Source of the DNA: Bdellovibrionales bacterium RIFOXYD12_FULL_39_22
Lineage (GTDB): Bacteria; Bdellovibrionota; Bacteriovoracia; Bacteriovoracales; Bacteriovoracaceae
Reading direction: 5' to 3'
Assembly (NCBI GenBank): GCA_001770205.1
Contig: MEQL01000035.1
Coordinates: 124,001-170,300, forward strand
DNA: 46,300 bases
In this document: positions 17,684 to 26,195 of the stretch, in pieces
Numbering within the stretch: the stretch's first letter is position 1
Layout of the letters: each line of letters starts with the position of its first letter
Notes under the pieces: generated by a model
What the model saw: only the letters and a program-made list of their open reading frames with translations
Databases searched by the model: none
Told to the model about the DNA's origin: nothing
Made by a program: the position numbers and the translations under genes

Positions 17684-19233
17684 GAGTTATCTTAATAATA
17701 ATTTTTAATCTAATGTTTGCCTATCAAGTAGCAGGAACGGAGCTCGTCCGATGTAAAGGGACACTCTATACGCTGGATTATTTATTAAACGCAAATCAAC
17801 CGCCATACGGTGAGATTTTTGCTGATAAAGATATGCAGGTTGGAACATTTCCTTACATGATTATCTTTATTGCTCTTTATAATCGTTTTGCTCCTGAGTT
17901 AGAAGGCCCTTATAAAATGTACCTACAGAATTTCATGAGTGGCGATCAGTATATTTCATGGCAAGAACACTCGCTCCCGTTTCCGTCTAAAAAAGTTGAT
18001 GGAAAAGCGCTAGGACTTGACTCAAGTTGTCTTAATGCCCGTGGGGAGGCAGAAATCCTGACGGCGGTTAAAAAAACGCAGCAAGGAGAATTAGTCGCTT
18101 ATGAATATGATAGCAAATTAGTGAGAGAGTTAAAGGCCAGCAATACTCAATATTCATTTTTTTTGAATGGAACCTTTTTTCGAAATTATGTCGCAGAGTA
18201 TATCGACTTATCTCAATTAAATTATCTATTTCATACATTGAAATTAATTGGTACAGAGCCTACTCAGGTACGCTCAGAGATTGTTCGCTTGGGCTTAGTT
18301 TACGAGCAGGTTAATGGAATCTGTCAGCGTTCTCTTTATGTAAAGACCGCTATTGAGAGGGAAGTGGGACTACCATGCGAGGAAGTTTCGGGAAAGGATC
18401 TTATTGCACTACAAAAACTTAGTATCGAAGGGCAGGGGTGGAATTCTCAACGTTTTGTTCCTGGTGATTTTCTCTTCCTGAAAAACTTAGCATCACTCTC
18501 TATTAACAACGTTCGAATGTACCCAGCAGAAATATCTGAGGATGATATTAAAGAACTTAGTTCGCTAAAAATGCTCACATTTACAAATAATGAAATAAAT
18601 GAGACTCCAAAAAATTTCATGGATAATCTATCGGGTCTTACATATTTAGATCTATCTTTGAATAACATTTTTGAATTAAAGCACGATGCCTTTAGAAATG
18701 TTTTTGTGAAATTAAACAATGCTCCTGAAGTTGTTATGCTTAATCTTTCTGGGAATACCAAGATGGTTTCCCCACGAAGTAATACCTATATTCATGAAGG
18801 GGCATTTAACAATTGTGAGGCAGTTACAGATCTAAATCTTAGTGATATGAATATCGTTAAAATAAATAGCTCAGTATTTGATCCATTTGTAAGACTAAAG
18901 AGATTAGATCTTTCTAAAAACTATTTGCTCGATTTTATAGATATTTTGCAATCACCATCTTTATCATCACTTGAGGAGTTAAGTATAGCTAGCACAGTAC
19001 TCGGAGATATGTTGTTTGAGAATGAATTTCAATATATGAAATCTTTACGTAAATTGATTCTGGGACCTACTAGACTTAAAGAGTTCCCTGAGTTTCTTTT
19101 AAAACTTCCGGCCTTGAAAGAGATAACTTTTTGTGGAATATTTTTTCCGGAAAATAGAATGGCACCTGTTCGTGCTTTAGTTAAGAGTAAGCGTGAGGAT
19201 ATCAAATTTAATGAATGTGTGATTAACCCCTGA
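17680..19233 (+). CDS. Secreted leucine-rich repeat protein
   Basis: Signal peptide; many LxxLxLxxN units (LTYLDLSLNNI, LKRLDLSKNYL); ATGA overlap with the upstream gene. Confidence 0.82.
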   Translation: MRVILIIIFNLMFAYQVAGTELVRCKGTLYTLDYLLNANQPPYGEIFADKDMQVGTFPYMIIFIALYNRFAPELEGPYKMYLQNFMSGDQYISWQEHSLPFPSKKVDGKALGLDSSCLNARGEAEILTAVKKTQQGELVAYEYDSKLVRELKASNTQYSFFLNGTFFRNYVAEYIDLSQLNYLFHTLKLIGTEPTQVRSEIVRLGLVYEQVNGICQRSLYVKTAIEREVGLPCEEVSGKDLIALQKLSIEGQGWNSQRFVPGDFLFLKNLASLSINNVRMYPAEISEDDIKELSSLKMLTFTNNEINETPKNFMDNLSGLTYLDLSLNNIFELKHDAFRNVFVKLNNAPEVVMLNLSGNTKMVSPRSNTYIHEGAFNNCEAVTDLNLSDMNIVKINSSVFDPFVRLKRLDLSKNYLLDFIDILQSPSLSSLEELSIASTVLGDMLFENEFQYMKSLRKLILGPTRLKEFPEFLLKLPALKEITFCGIFFPENRMAPVRALVKSKREDIKFNECVINP

Positions 19234-19365
19234 CACTAACCTAAACATTGAAACGCTGTAGATTAGTCAACTATTGCCAGTAATTTACGAAAGTTTCTTG
19301 TGAGGAGTAAAAAAACGGAAGATAATGTTTTTGAGATCAAAATAATTATCTTCAAAGAGAGTACT

Positions 19366-19659
19366 ATGCCTGACAAGAAAATAAAAAGAAGTTATATTCG
19401 TTACGAGGCCGAAAAAAATACTATTGGAATGGTGGGCCTACAGGATTCTCCCAAAGAATTTCTTCCTCAGTATATAGGACTTGTTTTTAGTGAGGCCTAT
19501 CGGGGATGTGGAATGGTATTACTTTATTCTCCAGAAATTAAAACCAATGCTCTTTGTATCGTGCAGTGTGGTGTTTTAAATCCGATTAAGGCCAGAGTGG
19601 CCTGGATAACGCGACTAGATGCGGGGACGATTAAAGTAGGATTTGAATATCTAACGTAA
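19366..19659 (+). CDS. PilZ-domain protein
   Basis: RSYIR (RxxxR), degenerate SEAYRG, ARVAWI..VGFEY. The ATG at 19366 is preferred over the GTG at 19300. Confidence 0.65.
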   Translation: MPDKKIKRSYIRYEAEKNTIGMVGLQDSPKEFLPQYIGLVFSEAYRGCGMVLLYSPEIKTNALCIVQCGVLNPIKARVAWITRLDAGTIKVGFEYLT

Positions 19660-19703
19660 GTAAAGCAAAATTTCGTGTTGCTCTTTTTCAGGGAAAATAA
19701 TAC

Positions 19704-20726
19704 ATGTCAAAATATATCTGGGGAGATAGCGAAACTCAATTTTTTTTCCATTTGAATCCCGAGGCAGTTTTAAATGCGGTTGATTTTCTAGGACTTCGCA
19801 CTACGGGACGGGTACTTACGCTTAATAGTATGGAAAATCGTGTTTATGAGATTGAGATAGAGAACAAAGCGTCAGAAGTAAAATCGCCAAGTGATAATTT
19901 TGTAGTTGCCAAATTTTATCGTCCAGGACGTTGGACATTGGCACAAATTTTAGAAGAGCATACTTTTTTATTAGATTTGGTGGAGGCGGAGGTTCCGGTT
20001 ATTGCTCCGATACAGTTTGATGGCAAAACATTATTTACTACTCCTGGACATGAAATTTATTTTACACTTTTTCCTAAAAAAAGTGGCCGCTCACCCGAGG
20101 AGCCAAGTTTTGATTATCTTGAAATAATGGGCCGACAATTGGCCAGAATGCACAACGTCGGAGCTGCGCGCCAGGCATCTCATCGTCTGGCCATTTCTCC
20201 TGATAGCTTTGGAAAAAATAATTTAGAGTTTTTGTTGGTAAATAATTTTATTCCGCTCCATTTGCGCCCTCGTTTTGTAAAAGTAGTTGAAGAGATTTGC
20301 CAAATTATTACTCCTTTTTTCTTGGATATTTCGCTTCATCGTATTCATGGAGATTGTCATGCTGGTAACATTATTGTGCGTGATCAAGAGGGGCCATATT
20401 TTATCGACTTTGATGATATGTTGGTAGGTCCGGCCATTCAGGATATATGGTTAGTTGTTCCCGGAAGCGATCAGGAGGCGGTGGTTAATCGTAATATTTT
20501 ATTGGAAAGTTATGAAACTATGCGCTCTTTTGATTATCGCAGTTTGCGCTTGATTGAACCGTTACGGGCATTGCGCTACATCCATTTTGCCGCCTGGATT
20601 GCTAAACGATGGGAGGATCCAGCATTTAAAAATACCTTTTCCCATTTTGGGAATGACAGTTACTGGGAAATTCTGATAAGTGATCTGCAATATCAATTGG
20701 AAAAAATAAAAGAGCAGTTAATATGA
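19704..20726 (+). CDS. srkA: Stress response kinase A (YihE/RdoA, APH-type Ser/Thr kinase)
   Basis: LNSMENRVY, VAKFYRPGRW, HGDCHAGN, DFDD, GPAIQDIW, RWEDPAF. Confidence 0.93.
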   Translation: MSKYIWGDSETQFFFHLNPEAVLNAVDFLGLRTTGRVLTLNSMENRVYEIEIENKASEVKSPSDNFVVAKFYRPGRWTLAQILEEHTFLLDLVEAEVPVIAPIQFDGKTLFTTPGHEIYFTLFPKKSGRSPEEPSFDYLEIMGRQLARMHNVGAARQASHRLAISPDSFGKNNLEFLLVNNFIPLHLRPRFVKVVEEICQIITPFFLDISLHRIHGDCHAGNIIVRDQEGPYFIDFDDMLVGPAIQDIWLVVPGSDQEAVVNRNILLESYETMRSFDYRSLRLIEPLRALRYIHFAAWIAKRWEDPAFKNTFSHFGNDSYWEILISDLQYQLEKIKEQLI

Positions 20727-21580
20727 TTCAAATCGGAAAGATAAATCAACTTCTAGTCGCACATGAAAATAAATCAGGATATTATTTGCAATCAGAAGAT
20801 AAAAAAGATGAAGTTTTTATGCCTGGAAGTATTGCTCCTGCCGGTATTAAACTCGGAGAGATGCGGGAGGTTTTTGTTTACACGGATATCAAAGGTACTC
20901 CGCTGGCCACTCCGGAAATTCCAATGGTGGAATTGGGAGGTTTTGCCTATCTCAAGGTTATTGAAGTAGTGGAGTTTGGGGCCTTTCTTGATTGGGGAAT
21001 TGATAAAGATTTGTTATCGCCAGGTAATCAGCAGCAACAAAAAATGAAACTAGGAGAGTCCTATTTAATTCGTGTTTGCCAGGAAGAGGGCACGAGACGT
21101 CTTTATGCTACTAATAATCTGAGCAAGTTTATTGAGCGGAAAAATATTGAACTTACTATCAATGAGAAAGTAATAGCTCTACCTTTTGAAAAGACGCAGC
21201 TTGGTTACAAAGCGTTGGTTAATGAAAAGTATCAGGGCCTAATTTATCATTCGGACATATTTTCAGAGATAGTATTGGGGGAGCGCATTGAGGCAATGGT
21301 TAAGTTAGTACGGCCGGATGGATTAATAGATTTAACGCTACGTCCAACGGGTATGAAAAATTTAAAAGATAGCGGGAAACTTATTATGACAGAACTGGAG
21401 CGCGCAGGAGGATTTTTGCCCTTGCATGATAAGAGCTCTCCGGAGGAAATAAAACGGATTTTAAAGATCAGTAAACAATCGTTTAAAAGGGCCATCGGTA
21501 TTTTATATAAACAACGTCAAATCGTGATTGGAAGTAGTGGTATTGAGTTGGCCGGTGACAACAAAAGGAAGGGAGTTTGA
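20723..21580 (+). CDS. cvfB: CvfB/YitL S1-domain RNA-binding protein
   Basis: IGKINQL, GAFLDWGIDKDL, RPDGLIDLTL, DKSSPEEIK..SKQSFKRAIG.LYK winged helix. Confidence 0.88.
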   Translation: MIQIGKINQLLVAHENKSGYYLQSEDKKDEVFMPGSIAPAGIKLGEMREVFVYTDIKGTPLATPEIPMVELGGFAYLKVIEVVEFGAFLDWGIDKDLLSPGNQQQQKMKLGESYLIRVCQEEGTRRLYATNNLSKFIERKNIELTINEKVIALPFEKTQLGYKALVNEKYQGLIYHSDIFSEIVLGERIEAMVKLVRPDGLIDLTLRPTGMKNLKDSGKLIMTELERAGGFLPLHDKSSPEEIKRILKISKQSFKRAIGILYKQRQIVIGSSGIELAGDNKRKGV

Positions 21581-21598
21581 TAAAAAGATCAGATTTTC

Positions 21599-22390
21599 TT
21601 ATTCATATTGAGCGGGCCGACGAGTTCTCTCTTCTCTTGTTTTTTTAAGGATAAATTTAACTAGTCCCAGCTTATCTAATGCTTCGGCCACCACACGATT
21701 ATTTTGCTCTAACTGATAGGCCGCAGTGGGAATTAATTTATTGGGATTTACCCCGTACTCTTCTACTAAAGCATTGCGTACGGCCATAGCGCGGCCAAAG
21801 GCCATTGCCCAATCATCCTTTGTATCACCCCATCCGCGGATGACCACGCTACCATCATGCTCTTTTAATGCGTTAGAGATAAAGCTTAAATAGCGAAGGG
21901 CATTTTCCGGAATTTCATTGGAGCGTTTGGAAAATTTTATTTCTCCAGGAACATTAAACATAACATTTAAATCATCGGTGGTATCACTGGAAAAGGCCGC
22001 CCCATCAAAATTGGTGCGTAAACTACTAAGAGTGGCCTGTTCTTCCAAATAAACTGGTGCCGTGGCCGTGGGCCGTTTTACCCACTCTTCAGAAAAACGC
22101 CCCTGCGCACCGTCTGCGCGAGCACTAGCATCTCCTCCACCAATAATTCCATTTTTATTCATGGAATCAACGCTCAACATATTTCCATCGGCATTAAAGT
22201 AACCCTGGATAATTTCTTTTGTTTCTTCATCGGCGCCCATTAACCACATAACCATAAAGAGTGCCATCATCGCAGTGATGAAGTCGGCATAGGCAACTTT
22301 CCAAGCACCACCATGAGCAGCGGCGTGTCCGCCATCTCCTCTTTTTTTGATAATGATAATTTTCTTCTGATTATCGTTGTTAGTTGCCAT
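21599..22390 (-). CDS. motB: Flagellar stator protein MotB (divergent periplasmic domain)
   Basis: HGGAWKVAYADFITAMMALFMVMWL with the proton-binding Asp; OmpA-like C-domain. Confidence 0.88.
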   Translation of the reverse strand: MATNNDNQKKIIIIKKRGDGGHAAAHGGAWKVAYADFITAMMALFMVMWLMGADEETKEIIQGYFNADGNMLSVDSMNKNGIIGGGDASARADGAQGRFSEEWVKRPTATAPVYLEEQATLSSLRTNFDGAAFSSDTTDDLNVMFNVPGEIKFSKRSNEIPENALRYLSFISNALKEHDGSVVIRGWGDTKDDWAMAFGRAMAVRNALVEEYGVNPNKLIPTAAYQLEQNNRVVAEALDKLGLVKFILKKTREERTRRPAQYE

Positions 22391-22393
22391 ATA

Positions 22394-23278
22394 TTATGCC
22401 GCCTTTTTGGCCGCACCGCCGCCGCTACCCCCGGCCTCACGAATGGCCACTTCTAATTCCTTAAACTCTGGACGAAATTCAGGAGGAATACTTCTTCGGG
22501 CAAATTCTACGCATATTTTCGGATTGGTACCACGGGCCAGGGCCAAAAGAGCCACTTTTATTACATGAAAAGTTTTTCCCTCTTCTTCTAATTTCGTCTC
22601 AATTTTGGCGGCCAAAGGCTGAAAAAAACCATAAGAGAGCAAAACTCCGAGGAAGGTTCCAATTAGTGCGGCCGCAACGCTATGTCCGATAGTTTCTTTA
22701 CCTTGCGACAACTTACCCATGGTGATAACGATACCTAAAACTGCCGCAACGATTCCCAGTCCAGGAAGGGCATCTGCCACCCGGTTAATAGTTTTGGGAA
22801 TCAGTGCTTCACCTTCATGCATGGCCTTGATATCGGTATCTAGTAGATCATCTAGATCGTGAGGTTCGATGGCCGACGATAGTTGCATGATCATAGTGTT
22901 ACAGATAAAGGCAATTAGATGGTGGTTTGCTAAAATGGCCGGATATTTTTGAAATAGTTTACTCTCTTCCGGATTTTCCACATGCTTTTCAATCTCTTGC
23001 GGGCCTTGTGAGAAAAGCTTCATTAGATCATGCATTAAAATAAGCAAATCTAAATAGTACTGCTTGGAGATTTTGGAAGGTAAAAAAACTCCAATTACAT
23101 TTTTAATTAGTGCCTTTATGAGATCCCCGGAGCATGCCACGATGATGGAACCAATTGCTGCTCCTAAAATAATCAAAAGCTCGATTGGTTGCCACAAAAC
23201 ATGCATGTGGCCACCTTCTAGCAGATAGCCGCCAATAACACTCACAATAACCACGATAAAACCTAGCATCGTAACCAT
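22394..23278 (-). CDS. motA: Flagellar stator protein MotA
   Basis: GGYLLEGG, QPIELLII.GAA, ADALPGLGIVAAVLGIVITM, AAALIGTFLG, VEFARR. Confidence 0.93.
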   Translation of the reverse strand: MVTMLGFIVVIVSVIGGYLLEGGHMHVLWQPIELLIILGAAIGSIIVACSGDLIKALIKNVIGVFLPSKISKQYYLDLLILMHDLMKLFSQGPQEIEKHVENPEESKLFQKYPAILANHHLIAFICNTMIMQLSSAIEPHDLDDLLDTDIKAMHEGEALIPKTINRVADALPGLGIVAAVLGIVITMGKLSQGKETIGHSVAAALIGTFLGVLLSYGFFQPLAAKIETKLEEEGKTFHVIKVALLALARGTNPKICVEFARRSIPPEFRPEFKELEVAIREAGGSGGGAAKKAA

Positions 23279-23521
23279 GTTAACTTCTTCGGAATTTTGA
23301 GAAAAAAAAGTAGAGAAAGGTTGAAAGTTATTCTTCAGATTTAAAACCAGCGAAGTATTTACCTGATTTTAACATGTTAGTACGAGAGCTAATAAAGATA
23401 AAAAGTTGAGCTATGTAGTTTTTACACGCTGAACAACTAATCATGTTGCGGCGCGGCAACAGCGTATAAAATAGAGCTATATAGACATGGCCCAGAAGGC
23501 CAATTAGAAGGAGCAGTAAAA

Positions 23522-26149
23522 ATGAAAGTGATAAAACATTTTGCCACAGTTGCCACAGTTGCTTTGCTAGCAGGCAGAGCAATCGCCATGGATTTTAATT
23601 TGGGTTATTCCTGTCGAACAAATGGTAACTGGACTCAGAGCGCTTTAGATGAGACTAGTCGTTTAATTAAGACAATTGAGTCAATTAAAGATGATCCCAA
23701 CTGTAAGGGAAAGGGGTTGGAGACCTTTGCGGCACAATTGCAGGTGGCAGAAGCACAATTTAATAAATCGCTGGAAAATGGTGAAGACCAAAAACGAGAA
23801 AGCACTGCCGCCCAAAAAGGGTATTTAAATAGCTTGCTTAATTCTGGTGATCCCAAAATGGATAAAAAGGCGTTAACGGAATTGGCCGCGGGAGTTCATA
23901 TTGGTTCGGCCATTGACAACACTGTGCAAGTAGCTCCCTATTTGAGCAACATTATTGACCTGGTTGGAATGAAGTCTAATTTAAAAAATGCGGCAAATGA
24001 TGTAGTTAATCTAATTAATTCTACGATGGCCAACTATCCCAGTTTTTCACAATGCTTAGTGGCCGCGCCGAATCAGGGGTTGGCCATGATGTCAGCGATG
24101 TTGAAAGTTTCAACAAACATTTTAACTTCTGGTTATGCGGATGGTTCAGATAAAATGGGAAATATTTTGGCCAACTTGGTTTCCTTTTTACGAGAGGCCA
24201 AGTTGGCCGGAGTAATAAAAGATTTAAACCAAACGGAATTATGGGCCTCCATAACCTGCGCATTAGAGAGTGCTACTCAAAATTATTGCTCGGCCAAAGA
24301 TAATGTCAAACTCCTAAATTGGAGTATTAATCAACTGCAAAAAGGAGTAGAGGGCGATGCTAAAAAATCAGATACCGTTAAAATTAGAGATAATAGTTTG
24401 ATCGCTGGTTATTATGCTTTAATTCGCAACGTTCCCAGCATCACTAATTGGCTACTAAAAGTGCAATTTGGGGTGGAACCCAAACTTAGTACGGAGGGAA
24501 CATATAAAAATCTAGTGTGGGAAACAGTTCTTAGTATGACCAAGGCAATTAATAATCTGATTGCCACTTACAACGAAATGAAGGCCAATATTGAAGGAAT
24601 GGAGCAACCTATGACGCAAAAGATTGCTACCTATAAGCTGATCAAAACATTGCAAAGTATTATGAATGATGCGTTGAGTGGTGGCGGGGGAGGTAGTTAT
24701 GGGGCAACTAAAATGAACTTTTTTCTAAACTCCATGCCTGGAGAGCTTTTGCCGCTTTACCTTATTGGCTATGATATTGACAATATGCCGCCGGAAACTA
24801 AGCCTAATGCGGATGGAAAAATTCCTATGAATATTGACTTTTGGTTAGAAAATGGTGGCCAGTACCGTCCGATGTTTAATGATATTCCTAAGCTTCTTTC
24901 TACCATTAAGACCCGTCTTGATCGACTGATTGATCAATCATTAAGTCAGACCAGTAAATTTTTTGTACGCAAGTTAATTGCCGACAAGCCCAATTTAGTG
25001 GCCGGGGCCTTTGTTTATAACTCTCTGAACACCTCTGTTTATGAAAGTTTCCATTTTGTTAGTGGTTACTTGAAAAATCTTTTAAAAAAGATAGAGAAAT
25101 CGCCATATCGAGATGAACAGATTTTGCCCGTGATTGATGATACTATTAAGAAGGTGGATAATGTCATTGAGCTTTTTGATTCGGCCTTAAATCGCAAGGT
25201 GGTGGCCGAGGATAATAACAGCGTTCAGTCGCAGTCTGAAAAAATTATTAACGCCGTTTATGAAAATTTTAATGTCTTAATTCAGCGGGATTCTTTTTTC
25301 ACTAATAGGATGTCGACCTTTGTTTATTACGACTATTTTTTAAATATTCTTGAAGAGGAAAACTATAACGATTATGAAAAACAGTTAATGATTATATCCA
25401 ACAATGAGATGTTGCAGAGAATTATGCAGGTTAGTGAGACCGAGCCGGCCTTGAATCGAGAAGACTTTGATAATGCGTTGGCCATTACAATCAAAAATCT
25501 CAATGGACTAGAAAATATTTTTCGAGATAACTATTTTGATTATTTGCAATCTACCGAAGACGATGCAAAAGGTCTCTCTTATACACAGAGAAATCTTCGC
25601 ACTGTCAAACGTGCCCTGCATACGGATATTCCGTCGGAATTTAGAGGCTCACCGTTTGTCCCAATAATTGCCGCTACTAATGTCTTGTTTACCTATGATT
25701 ATAGATATGAGTTGTATTGGAACAATCCATTTAAGCCCAAATATCAACGCGGAGATAATGACCACAACTCTTTGGAGAGAAATAAAAACAGGGTCTGTGT
25801 GCAGCTACTTGCCACCCAGCGGCCAGAGATTTTTAGTGAGTTTTGTAAAGATGCGGTTATTACCTCTCCCTTTTATGAGGCGGCCGAACATAAAGAGAAA
25901 TATGAGTATTTGAATACTAAGTTTTCAGACTACGTTACTAAAGCAGACGAGCGTAAGTGGTGGATGAAGGCCACTGGAGCATGGGCACCTAAAAAAGAAG
26001 AGATAAAAAATGATCAAAAAAGTTATGATGATAAAATTTGTGCCTATCGTGATTATTTACGAAAAAACCAAGTTTACTGGTTAACACTACAACACGAACA
26101 GATTAAAAATCGAAAAGAGATGCAACTGAAACAGGGGCGAGATCAGTAG
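23522..26149 (+). CDS. Large secreted hypothetical protein (875 aa), paralog 1
   Basis: AAGGAG RBS, signal peptide (AIA/MD), eight Cys colinear with the downstream paralog. Confidence 0.8.
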   Translation: MKVIKHFATVATVALLAGRAIAMDFNLGYSCRTNGNWTQSALDETSRLIKTIESIKDDPNCKGKGLETFAAQLQVAEAQFNKSLENGEDQKRESTAAQKGYLNSLLNSGDPKMDKKALTELAAGVHIGSAIDNTVQVAPYLSNIIDLVGMKSNLKNAANDVVNLINSTMANYPSFSQCLVAAPNQGLAMMSAMLKVSTNILTSGYADGSDKMGNILANLVSFLREAKLAGVIKDLNQTELWASITCALESATQNYCSAKDNVKLLNWSINQLQKGVEGDAKKSDTVKIRDNSLIAGYYALIRNVPSITNWLLKVQFGVEPKLSTEGTYKNLVWETVLSMTKAINNLIATYNEMKANIEGMEQPMTQKIATYKLIKTLQSIMNDALSGGGGGSYGATKMNFFLNSMPGELLPLYLIGYDIDNMPPETKPNADGKIPMNIDFWLENGGQYRPMFNDIPKLLSTIKTRLDRLIDQSLSQTSKFFVRKLIADKPNLVAGAFVYNSLNTSVYESFHFVSGYLKNLLKKIEKSPYRDEQILPVIDDTIKKVDNVIELFDSALNRKVVAEDNNSVQSQSEKIINAVYENFNVLIQRDSFFTNRMSTFVYYDYFLNILEEENYNDYEKQLMIISNNEMLQRIMQVSETEPALNREDFDNALAITIKNLNGLENIFRDNYFDYLQSTEDDAKGLSYTQRNLRTVKRALHTDIPSEFRGSPFVPIIAATNVLFTYDYRYELYWNNPFKPKYQRGDNDHNSLERNKNRVCVQLLATQRPEIFSEFCKDAVITSPFYEAAEHKEKYEYLNTKFSDYVTKADERKWWMKATGAWAPKKEEIKNDQKSYDDKICAYRDYLRKNQVYWLTLQHEQIKNRKEMQLKQGRDQ

Positions 26150-26195
26150 TAGTGCAAAAAAAATGGTGGGCCAGTTGATTTAGTAGAGAAAACAG

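Noticed and set aside
21599..23278. motAB as the Zorya defence ZorAB
   Set aside because: MotA has normal length with no long helical tail, MotB has the flagellar AWKVAYADF motif, and no ZorC/D/E genes are adjacent.
23328..23582. 84 aa hydrophobic minus-strand ORF upstream of motA
   Set aside because: Overlaps the start of the 875 aa gene on the opposite strand; no RBS or motif support.
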